A DNA stretch of 64,000 nucleotides from Candidatus Saccharimonadales bacterium (GCA_038255465.1 JBBSLJ010000002.1:302-64301); one strand, 5' to 3'; shown: positions 35,144-43,428, counted from the first letter of the stretch. Notes: generated by a model not told the origin, from the letters alone. A program made the numbers and translations.

Positions 35144-36565
35144 TTAGTTAGTCTTTGATTTATTATATTCTTCTTGCCATTCGGCTAGGCGTTTGCGCTG
35201 TTGCTCGTTTGGCTGAACAACAGGACGGTTCTTGATAAGTAGGGTGATTGCTTCATCTACCGTAAAGCCCTTGGTGATAAGGTAAGCGGCAGCCATCGTC
35301 GGCCCCCTGCCCTCACCTAGTTGACAGTGAACATATACAGAACCACCATTAGCAATATGTCTCCTGATAAAATCAGTTCCTTGTTTTAAGGCTTTTAATG
35401 TAGGAGGATGCCAATCACGGGTTGGGAGTGAAAGTACTTCAATATCTTCAGGAGGTTTTGGTGATGCTGTCGTTCGCATGCTTACTATTCCTGTAACACC
35501 CCACGATCGAAAAAGACTGTAGCTCCTGCCTGAATATTTACCCCCCAGATACAGACCGGGTGCCACATGGCTGTAACGCAAGGATGGATGTGAGCGCATA
35601 AATGATCTTAAGCGCTGTCCGTAACGATGCAAGCGCAACTTAATACTACGAACAGCTTTTACTAAAGGTGCGACTTCTGTCGGTGCAGGCGGAACAATAA
35701 TCCGGGCCGAGAGTTCGCCCCCGATAATCGTGATTGGTAGGCTGATCTTTCGACTATCGTCGTCGGACAAAACGCTTCTTGGCGCCGTAGTGATAAGTAA
35801 CTTATTTGCTCGATGGACTTCAACTACAGAATCTACGTTTTTGCCAAATGATCTGACTACAAACCACCACAAAAGTCGATGTATTTTGAATGATTTAATA
35901 ATGGCCAGTTGCACGAGACCCGGCGCATGGTTATATGGAAATAACGGTACGCCTAAAACATTATGATTTCCCTGATTCGCAACAATAAATGTATAACCGT
36001 GGACTGTCCGCGCGTCTTTATTATTTAGGGCAAACTCGTACGTTTGTAGTTTTGCACTGCGTGATTTTTTAAGCGCACTCCATGCATACGCAGCTTCTCC
36101 TAGCTTTTTTTTGAGCTTACGGCTGGTTGATTTAATACCCTCCGTCCAGACGCCCATGTGCATATCCAGCACCAATGGCTCGCCATTAATTGTAGCGAGA
36201 TCAACACGCTCGACTACATAAGTACTGTTTGCGTACAGTTCAAGACATTCTATATGCGATGCCGGCAGCCCATAAAACTTCGCTAAAACATTTGCTGTGC
36301 CCCCCGGAAGTATTAGTACTGGCAACTGCTTCAGTCCAAATAATTTGAGCGCAGCAATTATCGTTCCGTCACCCCCATACACGGCTACGGCAGCGTAATC
36401 TTTAAGTCGCACGTTTGCCAGAGCTTTTTCCATTTCAGGAGGAGAAACAATAGTGATAATTCGGTACTTAACTAATTTCTCGTCCAGTACGTCTCGAATT
36501 TCAGCAAGAACGCCGTCCTGCTTCCCTGCCGTGATACACACAACTACCAAAAGTTTCCTAAGCAT
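35144..36565 (-). CDS. fusion of a DAGK-family lipid kinase domain and a dual-specificity (CX5R) phosphatase domain
   Basis: The N-terminal LLVVVCITAGKQDG...YGGDGT...LPGGTANV matches the YegS/BmrU/DAGK catalytic domain. The C-terminal VHCQLGEGRGPTMAAAYLI is an HCX5R(S/T) P-loop. Confidence 0.75.
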   Translation of the reverse strand: MLRKLLVVVCITAGKQDGVLAEIRDVLDEKLVKYRIITIVSPPEMEKALANVRLKDYAAVAVYGGDGTIIAALKLFGLKQLPVLILPGGTANVLAKFYGLPASHIECLELYANSTYVVERVDLATINGEPLVLDMHMGVWTEGIKSTSRKLKKKLGEAAYAWSALKKSRSAKLQTYEFALNNKDARTVHGYTFIVANQGNHNVLGVPLFPYNHAPGLVQLAIIKSFKIHRLLWWFVVRSFGKNVDSVVEVHRANKLLITTAPRSVLSDDDSRKISLPITIIGGELSARIIVPPAPTEVAPLVKAVRSIKLRLHRYGQRLRSFMRSHPSLRYSHVAPGLYLGGKYSGRSYSLFRSWGVTGIVSMRTTASPKPPEDIEVLSLPTRDWHPPTLKALKQGTDFIRRHIANGGSVYVHCQLGEGRGPTMAAAYLITKGFTVDEAITLLIKNRPVVQPNEQQRKRLAEWQEEYNKSKTN

Positions 36566-36620
36566 TAAGTAATCATATCAAAACTACAGATTTAGTGCGC
36601 TTAATCTATGACGTCCGGGA

Positions 36621-37421
36621 TTAGGCTATAAAATGGGTTCCCGATTCACCATGCAATAACTTGCGTACCACATCTTCTGTTCGTCCATTACCAACCCACA
36701 TATCGACTCCGGAATTGTTTGCAATTCGGGCTGCTGAAAATTTGCTAACCATACCGCCCGTACCGTTTGTGCCGTGTGACTGCTGCGCGAAGTGCTCATA
36801 ATCCGAGATATTTTTTATACTACGAATAATTGAATCTGTGTCAGTAACGTCTTCATACACGCCGTCAATATCACTGAGCAGGATCAGCTTCACTCTGCTG
36901 CCAAAAAGTTTCGAATGGCGGATTTTTGCGGCAAGAGTAGCAGCCAGTGTGTCGTTATCGCCAAAAGCAATCTCTTCATGCGTAATAGCATCGTTTTCGT
37001 TCACAATAGCTATGTTGCCATTCTTTAGCAAAGCATGTATTACTTGTAACGCTTCATTACGCTCGCCGTCAGACCCGAGTTCTCTTTGGGTAAGCAATAA
37101 CTCGCCCACAACCTTACCGGACAAGGCATTCGCCCATGCATTGAGAACATGTCGCCAGCCAATGCTTGCCAAACGTTGAAGATCGACAATATCCGTCTCT
37201 TTATTGGGTCGCTTACTTAGCCCTGCCTCAACCATACCGGCGGTAATGGCTGCTGAGGATACCAGCAATATGCTGTTACCTTTTTCTTGTAGTGAAATAA
37301 CTTGATTGCTAATACGCTCAAACGAAGCAACGTCCAAACATTCTGAGCCGTCTTTTGCCCGTTTTATTAAAGCGTTAGTACCTACCTTAATGACTAGTAT
37401 ATTATCAATAACTTCTATCAT
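36621..37421 (-). CDS. proB: glutamate 5-kinase (no PUA domain)
   Basis: Amino-acid-kinase fold: LVIKVGTNAL, LVSSAAITAGM, FGDNDTLAA. Confidence 0.8.
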   Translation of the reverse strand: MIEVIDNILVIKVGTNALIKRAKDGSECLDVASFERISNQVISLQEKGNSILLVSSAAITAGMVEAGLSKRPNKETDIVDLQRLASIGWRHVLNAWANALSGKVVGELLLTQRELGSDGERNEALQVIHALLKNGNIAIVNENDAITHEEIAFGDNDTLAATLAAKIRHSKLFGSRVKLILLSDIDGVYEDVTDTDSIIRSIKNISDYEHFAQQSHGTNGTGGMVSKFSAARIANNSGVDMWVGNGRTEDVVRKLLHGESGTHFIA

Positions 37422-37647
37422 TATTTACTCCTTTAAAGCGACAGAGATTAGGCATAAAAATAGCCCCTTCACCGGGGCTTCTGTGCTTTTTAGTTACTTG
37501 TTGAAATATATCAAAACACCCCGGTTGCTATAGAGGCAGCGGGCGCGGCAACACTGATTTGGTGTATTGATATGAATAACTCATGAATCGTACAGTACGT
37601 TAATTATATCGCCGCGTCAATAATAACTTGTTTTTACACGCTACTAC

Positions 37648-37684
37648 AAAATAAAATACCCGGCAAATGCCGAGTACTTTATTT
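37648..37684 (-). terminator. rho-independent terminator after tRNA-His
   Basis: On the minus strand there is an 18-bp stem (AAAATAAAGTACTCGGCA / TGCCGGGTATTTTATTTT). Its two G-U pairs exist only on that strand. T-rich sequence follows. Confidence 0.65.
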
Positions 37685-37762
37685 TGGGGCGAGCTATGGG
37701 GATCGAACCCACGACCTCCGGAACCACAACCCGGCGCTCTAACCAACTGAGCTAAGCCCGCC
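37685..37762 (-). tRNA. tRNA-His (anticodon GTG) with encoded G-1 and CCA
   Basis: Cloverleaf: G(-1)+GCGGGCT/AGCTCGC acceptor, discriminator C, anticodon arm CCGGG-TTGTGGT-TCCGG, T arm GTGGG-TTCGATC-CCCAT. The track ORF 37600..37833 is spurious. Confidence 0.9.
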
Positions 37763-37921
37763 ACGTCAAAGTGTGATGGTTTGATGACCAAATTGCCGAC
37801 AAAATAAATTTGCTCGGCAATTCTAGCCATCAAGCCAAGCCTTCTCCTTTCAGTTTCGAGAATCCTCTCTCGAAACTGGCTAGAAAACAGGGGTGATTAT
37901 ATCCTATACCAGCTGTAAATA

Positions 37922-38131
37922 CTAGTCTGTCGCCGGCTTTTTTGGCTTCGAAAAATAAAACAAGTAGATAAGTTCTAGAAAGCCGAGGGTATTAAACAAC
38001 AGCAAAGCACCGAACCAAACCTTTTGATTGTTTTGCGCCGAGCGCCACATGCCTACTATTTTAAAAGGCAACGACAACAAAAAACCAATCATTACTGCAC
38101 GAAATAACGGGTCATGAAAATCGTATGTCAT
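37922..38131 (-). CDS. small two-TM membrane protein (PLD-nuclease N-terminal-domain-like)
   Basis: 69 aa, with two helices and a basic C-terminal tail. The family assignment is weak. Confidence 0.35.
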   Translation of the reverse strand: MTYDFHDPLFRAVMIGFLLSLPFKIVGMWRSAQNNQKVWFGALLLFNTLGFLELIYLFYFSKPKKPATD

Positions 38132-38146
38132 ACATATTCCTTATTT

Positions 38147-38223
38147 TGGTGGCCCGAGTAGGACTTGAACCTACGACCTTAGGCTTAGAAGTCCTCTGCT
38201 CTATCCATCTGAGCTATCGGGCC
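38147..38223 (-). tRNA. tRNA-Arg (anticodon TCT), CCA encoded, weak anticodon stem
   Basis: The acceptor GGCCCGA/TCGGGCC, D arm and T arm (GTAGG-TTCAAGT-CCTAC) are canonical. The anticodon arm GAGGA-CTTCTAA-GCCTA has only 3 Watson-Crick pairs (G27/A43 and A31/G39 mismatched). Confidence 0.65.
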
Positions 38224-38235
38224 ACGCTAGTACTT

Positions 38236-38310
38236 TGGTGCGGGTGGGGAGAATCGAACTCCCATCTCAAGTTTGGAAAACTTGCATACTAACCGTTGTA
38301 CTACACCCGC
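38236..38310 (-). tRNA. tRNA-Gly (anticodon TCC), CCA encoded
   Basis: Cloverleaf: GCGGGTG/CACCCGC acceptor, anticodon arm CAAGT-TTTCCAA-ACTTG, T arm GGGAG-TTCGATT-CTCCC. Confidence 0.9.
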
Positions 38311-38371
38311 GTTAACAGATAGAGTATATCACTAGTTATCATTGTATTACATCATATTTGTTATTATTTAG

Positions 38372-38920
38372 CTAAGATATGACCTTTTCCAGCAAGTCTC
38401 CGAGAACATAGGCCAGACTTGCGGCAATCGCTCCAAGCACCAAGGTTTCGGCGATTGATCGAATAACGGGGGCTTGGGCAACGCGGCTCTTTAACATCCC
38501 GATGCCGGCAAAGGCCAGTGCGGTTAGCACGCTGGCAATCAAAAAGAGGTTGCCCGTATTAAGCTTAAACACAAAATCAATAAGGTATGCAAGCAGCGGC
38601 ACCAACCCGACAAGAATAAAAGCAGTATAGGTAGTTACCCCGTTAATAACCGGTGACGGCTCGTCTTTAATGGATTTGCCCTTTTTCACCAGTAATTGTT
38701 GCTCTGATTTTGTAGAAAGATACGAACCAACGCCCATTGAAAATCCGTCAGCAACCAGATTGGCAAAGCCGAGCACCAGCAGCACTTTTACATCAAAGCG
38801 TGCACCAGTCGCTCCCGCTACCACCGCAAAAGTCGTCACAGCTCCGTCAATACCACCGTAAACAAACTCGCTCAAATAGTCTTCTAGATGCTGTTTGCTT
38901 TTCGTTACAATTCCTGCCAC
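38372..38920 (-). CDS. VIT1/CCC1-family iron/manganese transporter
   Basis: N-terminal VYGGIDGAVTTFAVVAG signature and C-terminal TM helices. GTG start. Confidence 0.8.
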   Translation of the reverse strand: MAGIVTKSKQHLEDYLSEFVYGGIDGAVTTFAVVAGATGARFDVKVLLVLGFANLVADGFSMGVGSYLSTKSEQQLLVKKGKSIKDEPSPVINGVTTYTAFILVGLVPLLAYLIDFVFKLNTGNLFLIASVLTALAFAGIGMLKSRVAQAPVIRSIAETLVLGAIAASLAYVLGDLLEKVIS

Positions 38921-39182
38921 TTCTGCCTCCCGGTTTTTTTAGCTATACTAGTACATAGCATAACAGGAGCAGTACGCACTGAACAGAATCGCACAATATA
39001 TTCGTAGGTATCCATTTTTTTATGCGGTACTGTTATTTGGTTGTTTTGGGATAGTCCTTGCTATCGCAAATAAATGGCCGCTTTCAAATGCGGTATTCTT
39101 AATAATCGCTCTGCTCGCCTTAGTAAACGCAAGTAGAAGATCGCTGGACAACCTGCGACATGGCTTTTACGCTATCTACATA

Positions 39183-40469
39183 TTGCCGCTAACCGGCATA
39201 ATTGTTGCGTTGCTTATAAAAGATTTTGAAACAGCAGCCGTATTAGCATTTGTTATAAGCCTCGAACAACCGCTTGTAGATATGGCCGTAAGCGCAAAGA
39301 AGCGTCATGCCAACCTGAGTGCGGCACGCCAGACACCATTTGTGCGCCTGCTCGATAAAGCCAGCCTGCCATTTTTTGTAATGACGCTATTAATAGCAGG
39401 AGGCGTTTGGCTAGCTACTGATCAAATCGGACGTTTTCTTGAAGTTATAGCAAGTGCCTCAGCAGTCCCTTTAATACTTACAGCTCCACTAGTAATAACT
39501 GCTGGGATAAAGAAGTTAAAGCTTGCTGGAATACAACTTTCATCCGCTGCTGTTATAGAACGCACGCACGAAGTCAAAACTCTTATAGTAAAAAAGAGTG
39601 GCGTATTGACAGACACAATAATTGAGGTAAGTAGCGTTACAGCATACAGCACGTTTACAAAGACGGATGTAATCAGGGTGGCTTCGGCGTTAGCTGCCAG
39701 CTCAGACCACGCCGTTGCAAAAGCCATCATTGCGCACTCCGGTCCTGAACAAAAATCAACTATAGCAAAGCATGCCCAGGAAACCACTGGACAGGGCGTA
39801 AGCGGCCGTATGAAGGGCGCGAGCCTGCACATGGGCCGCTTATCATATCTTGAGAGCATGGGGGTGAATATACCGCCTCAGGCGGCTAAAACTACAAAAA
39901 CATCAGTATTTGTAGCCATGGATACAACTATGATGGGTGTCATTGAATTTAATGAGCATCTGCTTCCTGACGCCAAGCGGTTCGCGCAGAAGTTAGGCAA
40001 ACTGGGTATTGCCGCCGTAGAGCTCGTTAGCGGCACTAGTCAGAAATCTACTGACACGATTGCAAAAGCGGCTGGTATCGCCTCTGCGCACGGCAATATG
40101 ACAGCGAGCGGCATAATAAGGCTGTTTGATGAGAAGACACCTCTTGTAGCTTTTGTGGGCAGCGATGTTTCTGATGAGCCGGCAGCAACCGCTGCAGATC
40201 TTAGTATTGCGACAACCCCCTTGCCTGGTTTTGATATAACGATTGACGAGTACACTCCCGACAGATTACTTCTAACGATTAAAACCACTAGACAAATATT
40301 TAGACTGGCGCAAGTACTGTCAGTAACAGGTTTGCTTGCAACGCTGGGACTGATTATTATTGCCGCAACGGGAATTTTACAGCCGATTCAGGCGGCCATG
40401 CTTAACGGGGTGGTTGGCGCGTTATCAATAATTATGGCTGGTATAGCCATCCCAAAGCAAAACCAGTAA
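39183..40469 (+). CDS. degenerate P1B-type (heavy-metal) P-type ATPase homolog lacking all catalytic motifs
   Basis: It is colinear with CopA/ZntA-type ATPases, but DKTGT is KKSGV, CPC is AVP, TGD is SGT and GDGxND is GSDVSD. The actuator (TGES) domain is absent. The reading frame is open upstream to a TAA at 38961. A possible CTG start at 38979 follows an AGGAG and would add two TM helices. Confidence 0.65.
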   Translation: MPLTGIIVALLIKDFETAAVLAFVISLEQPLVDMAVSAKKRHANLSAARQTPFVRLLDKASLPFFVMTLLIAGGVWLATDQIGRFLEVIASASAVPLILTAPLVITAGIKKLKLAGIQLSSAAVIERTHEVKTLIVKKSGVLTDTIIEVSSVTAYSTFTKTDVIRVASALAASSDHAVAKAIIAHSGPEQKSTIAKHAQETTGQGVSGRMKGASLHMGRLSYLESMGVNIPPQAAKTTKTSVFVAMDTTMMGVIEFNEHLLPDAKRFAQKLGKLGIAAVELVSGTSQKSTDTIAKAAGIASAHGNMTASGIIRLFDEKTPLVAFVGSDVSDEPAATAADLSIATTPLPGFDITIDEYTPDRLLLTIKTTRQIFRLAQVLSVTGLLATLGLIIIAATGILQPIQAAMLNGVVGALSIIMAGIAIPKQNQ

Positions 40470-40610
40470 ATTTTAAGTGATGGATGAGCTTGTTACAAAG
40501 ACTGTTTTCTGATTGAGGCATATCCGTAGATATGTCGAGTGAAGAAACAGTTTTTGTAGCTGCTCAGGCGCGGTTAAAAATGCGGGTTTTGTTTTGGAAT
40601 GGCTATAAGC

Positions 40611-41243
40611 TTACAAACTGGCCAAAAGCGCGCATACAACAATCGGAATAAGCAAATCGTCAGACCCATAAATTGCTACATTCTCGGCTATAGTTGCGAT
40701 TACTGGGACTAGCAAGGCAAACACCAGACTAACTGGTAATCCCGGCTCAAACACCATAACCGTTAAAATAATAAAAATAGAAGCATTAAGAAAAGTTAGC
40801 GTACCTACCGTGGTCTTCTGCTGTCCGAATACTCTGTAGCCATTCTTTTTAACATACTTCCGACCTATAAGTGCCGCTAGGCCGTCCGCCAAACTAACGT
40901 GCAGCAACGCTGCTAAGAAAATCCACGGGGAATTGGTGAGTAATGCTGTGGCGGCAATGCCGAGCGGAAAGAACAACTCACCCCATGTTTTGCGTTTTAC
41001 GCTATGTATTGATGCGAACAGGCCGGCAAATCTTGAAACCAAAACGACCGCAAACATTGCGGCAACCAGCATCAATATCTGTTGATCATTTAAAAAAAAT
41101 CCCCAGGTTGCCGCAAATGTCCCAACCAAAATATGGATTAATTTTCGGGAATATTCCCCTTCCAGGATCTTGGCTCGCCAAAGTACTTCTGCCAGTACTA
41201 CAATAACGAAAATCACAAAGACCGTTAGAAGCAAAATTAGCAT
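40611..41243 (-). CDS. polytopic membrane protein of the dolichol/polyprenol kinase - phosphatidate cytidylyltransferase superfamily
   Basis: The SRKLIHILVG and LADGLAALIGRKYVKK patterns are typical of this CTP-dependent kinase family. Confidence 0.5.
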   Translation of the reverse strand: MLILLLTVFVIFVIVVLAEVLWRAKILEGEYSRKLIHILVGTFAATWGFFLNDQQILMLVAAMFAVVLVSRFAGLFASIHSVKRKTWGELFFPLGIAATALLTNSPWIFLAALLHVSLADGLAALIGRKYVKKNGYRVFGQQKTTVGTLTFLNASIFIILTVMVFEPGLPVSLVFALLVPVIATIAENVAIYGSDDLLIPIVVCALLASL

Positions 41244-41279
41244 AATAGTATTATCAGGTGCAGGCCACGAATTGAAAAG

Positions 41280-41474
41280 CTATTTGGTATAGACGCCACT
41301 GCTATAGTTATTTTGCCGATGTTCATATTGTGCTGGTGTAGCGCCTGAAATACTTTGCAAAATACCCGCGATACCCAAAAGCGCCACTAGAGCGATAGAG
41401 ATGTAACGCAAGATATCCTTGAAATTAAATTCCTGGCGCAATAAACCATAGTTTTTTTGCAATAAATGAGCCAT
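41280..41474 (-). CDS. small single-TM hypothetical protein
   Basis: 64-aa ORF with a central helix (ISIALVALLGIAGILQSI). Confidence 0.35.
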   Translation of the reverse strand: MAHLLQKNYGLLRQEFNFKDILRYISIALVALLGIAGILQSISGATPAQYEHRQNNYSSGVYTK

Positions 41475-41625
41475 GTGAAAATTCCTTCGAACGTTTTATT
41501 TATTTTTTGTTTCTATGAACTGCTTATGATTTTAGCAGAGTTTACGAAACTAACGCAAGCTTAAGCTTGTTGTAATTACCTTCATTTATGCTATTATCAA
41601 ACCATAATCTTACAGAAAGAAAAAA

Positions 41626-42183
41626 ATGCAACCCGAAAATAGTAGTATACCGCAGCAATTTGTCGCCCCCAAACCAAAGAAATCCCGGCCTTGGGCACTA
41701 ATGTTTATCAGTATTGTCCTGTTGTGCGCGGTCGGCGCTCTTGGGTATTATTTAAAATCAGAGATAGAAGCACACAGGACCACGTCAAAACAGTTAACCG
41801 AGCAAACAAATATTATCCACGAAAACACGCAGACAATCCGTGATGCAAGGCTTGAACCGAGCTTTCGCAAAGTTCTTCAAGACAACGCCAACCGCGATTG
41901 CAGCAGTAACTCAGCTGTTCTATTTAACACCACAACCTCAATAGAAAAGAATTTGGACGGAACTGCCAAAAAGTATTTTGCGGTTGGGCAGTATGTATGC
42001 AATAACGGTGGCGTAGCGCTTGGTGGTCCTATACGTTTTGCTTCGGCACAATCAGTTAACGCAATTACCTGGGACTTTACATATGGTTCGTCAACTCTAG
42101 AGCCCACCTCTTTGCCTAGTTACATATTTAATACCGATCCGGCCTTGTTCAATCGAAAATACAATAACCCAAAGGTATTTTAA
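41626..42183 (+). CDS. membrane-anchored hypothetical protein
   Basis: N-terminal signal anchor (WALMFISIVLLCAVGALGYYL). No motif. Confidence 0.45.
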   Translation: MQPENSSIPQQFVAPKPKKSRPWALMFISIVLLCAVGALGYYLKSEIEAHRTTSKQLTEQTNIIHENTQTIRDARLEPSFRKVLQDNANRDCSSNSAVLFNTTTSIEKNLDGTAKKYFAVGQYVCNNGGVALGGPIRFASAQSVNAITWDFTYGSSTLEPTSLPSYIFNTDPALFNRKYNNPKVF

Positions 42184-42193
42184 GGAGATTAGC

Positions 42194-42448
42194 GTGGACA
42201 ACGAACAATACATAATTAGGCTGGGTAAGTGCACGGGGCTAGTGTTCTATGCAAGCTATCGTTACTATGAAAAAGAAGGTACATATGAAGAGCTGCAACG
42301 GGAATATAAGAAAGTCCAGAAACATAATAAGATTTTTGGCTGGTGGTTTGGTCTCAGCCCGTTCGTAAACTACCGCTATATAAAAGAAAATAAAAAATCA
42401 ATTAGTGAGCTGCGAGAACTAAGGCGTCAGCAAGGTTTGCCTATATAA
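42194..42448 (+). CDS. hypothetical protein
   Basis: 84-aa ORF 10 nt downstream of the previous gene, preceded by AAGGAG. Confidence 0.4.
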   Translation: MDNEQYIIRLGKCTGLVFYASYRYYEKEGTYEELQREYKKVQKHNKIFGWWFGLSPFVNYRYIKENKKSISELRELRRQQGLPI

Positions 42449-42534
42449 TATCCAGCACAGCTGTTGGCGTCATAAAAGAGTGGTAAATTACTGTAAAAAT
42501 GCTAAAATAGCAGTCTGTAAGTCGGTCATGATAT

Positions 42535-42611
42535 CGGGGTGTGGCGCAGTTGGCTAGCGCGCGCGGTTTGGGACCGTGAGGTCGAAGGTTCGAGTCCTTT
42601 CACCCCGACCA
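42535..42611 (+). tRNA. tRNA-Pro (anticodon TGG), CCA encoded
   Basis: Cloverleaf: CGGGGTG/CACCCCG acceptor, anticodon arm CGCGG-TTTGGGA-CCGTG, T arm GAAGG-TTCGAGT-CCTTT. Confidence 0.9.
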
Positions 42612-42613
42612 AG

Positions 42614-42647
42614 AAAAAAAGCCCAGTCTTGCACTGGGCTTTTTTTC
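42614..42647 (+). terminator. rho-independent terminator after tRNA-Pro
   Basis: AAAAAAAGCCCAGT-CTTGC-ACTGGGCTTTTTTT. Confidence 0.8.
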
Positions 42648-42666
42648 TTGGCTTGAGTTAGTGATC

Positions 42667-42798
42667 GGTTCTTCGACTATCGACAGCTAGAGCTGGCGAT
42701 AGTCGAAGGTTCGGCGTAGCCAAAGTTCTCGCAGGAATTTATTCCGAGAAAGCTTTGGCGGAGAAGGACTTTAGTCCGCTGTCCTTTCATCCCAACGT
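42667..42798 (+). pseudogene. degenerate tRNA-Pro 3'-half copy with a hairpin insertion in the T loop, preceded by an inverted copy
   Basis: GTCGAAGGTTCG (42702-42713) is identical to the tRNA. A ~67-nt insert follows, with the hairpin CCAAAGTTCTCG...CGAGAAAGCTTTGG, then GTCCTTTCATCCCAAC (tRNA: GTCCTTTCACCCCGAC). The upstream inverted repeat CTTCGACTATCG/CGATAGTCGAAG is also present. Confidence 0.6.
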
Positions 42799-42850
42799 AA
42801 TTCGCATTTTTCCCATCTGTTAGAGGCACGGCTTCTTACTTCTCCTCCTC

Positions 42851-43129
42851 TTATTTCTCCTCATTGAGCAATGAAATAATTTGATAACCGTATTTGTCTA
42901 TTTCTTCTTTAGCCCAAAAATTAAAGTCATTAGTTTTACACACATAACCGACTTTACGCGTTAAGCTGCGGCCTGTCGGTTCTTTGGTCTTTGAATCAAT
43001 CTCAACCAAAATAAGCGTGTCGCCTTGATTACACTCCCAGTCCGCTAAACGAAGTTCATACGTCTTTTCGCCACGCTTAATTTTTTCAAAGTATTCGGGC
43101 AGTATCTTCTTCTCAATAGTATTAACCAT
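42851..43129 (-). CDS. ASCH/DUF3850-like domain protein
   Basis: KRGEKTYELRLADWECNQGDTLILVE resembles the DUF3850 (ASCH superfamily) core. Confidence 0.6.
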   Translation of the reverse strand: MVNTIEKKILPEYFEKIKRGEKTYELRLADWECNQGDTLILVEIDSKTKEPTGRSLTRKVGYVCKTNDFNFWAKEEIDKYGYQIISLLNEEK

Positions 43130-43149
43130 ATCATCTGTTATTTTAACAG

Positions 43150-43363
43150 TTTACGGGGGTTATTGATATATTGTGGCTTCCGCTGAGATGGATGGGCGGG
43201 CCACCGTCCGACTTCCGAGCGACCACGAAGGCCTTGGTGTCGGTGATGATGGCAGGGCTGGATGTGACGCACATGAGTGCACCACTCCTTTCACTGGGTA
43301 GTGTGCCGGTTGGCACGGTTTGGCTTGGGAAACAACAACTTCTCAGGAAAACCCCGAAAGGTC
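43150..43363 (-). ncRNA. candidate structured small RNA of about 210 nt (6S-like size and shape; identity unresolved)
   Basis: A GC-rich block lies in AT-rich intergenic DNA. The 5' and 3' ends pair (TTTCGGGGTT / AACCCCCGTAAA, CCTGAGAA / TCTCAGCGG) and there are internal hairpins. The helix GGTGCAC-TCAT-GTGCGTC has two G-U pairs only on the minus strand. A promoter lies immediately upstream. The overlapping track ORFs look spurious. Confidence 0.45.
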
Positions 43364-43369
43364 ATAAAT

Positions 43370-43398
43370 ATTATAGCATTATATTAAAGTTATGTAAA
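43370..43398 (-). promoter_or_regulatory. near-consensus promoter driving the candidate sRNA
   Basis: On the minus strand, TTTACA-N17-TATAAT. Confidence 0.55.
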
Positions 43399-43428
43399 TC
43401 TTGTGCGCCCAGCAAGAGATTGCGGCGG

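Noticed and set aside
37600-37833. Track ORFs overlapping tRNA genes (37600..37833 over tRNA-His, 14992..15192 over tRNA-Arg).
   Set aside because: The sequence is explained by canonical tRNA cloverleaves and their terminators, and the ORFs have no ribosome-binding context.
43150-43363. Assigning the GC-rich RNA candidate to SRP RNA, RNase P RNA or tmRNA.
   Set aside because: It lacks the SRP helix-8 GGAAGCAGCC motif and the RNase P P4 consensus (GAGGAAAGTCC / ACAGAA). It is too short for RNase P or tmRNA and has no CCA end. It is kept only as an unresolved 6S-like candidate.
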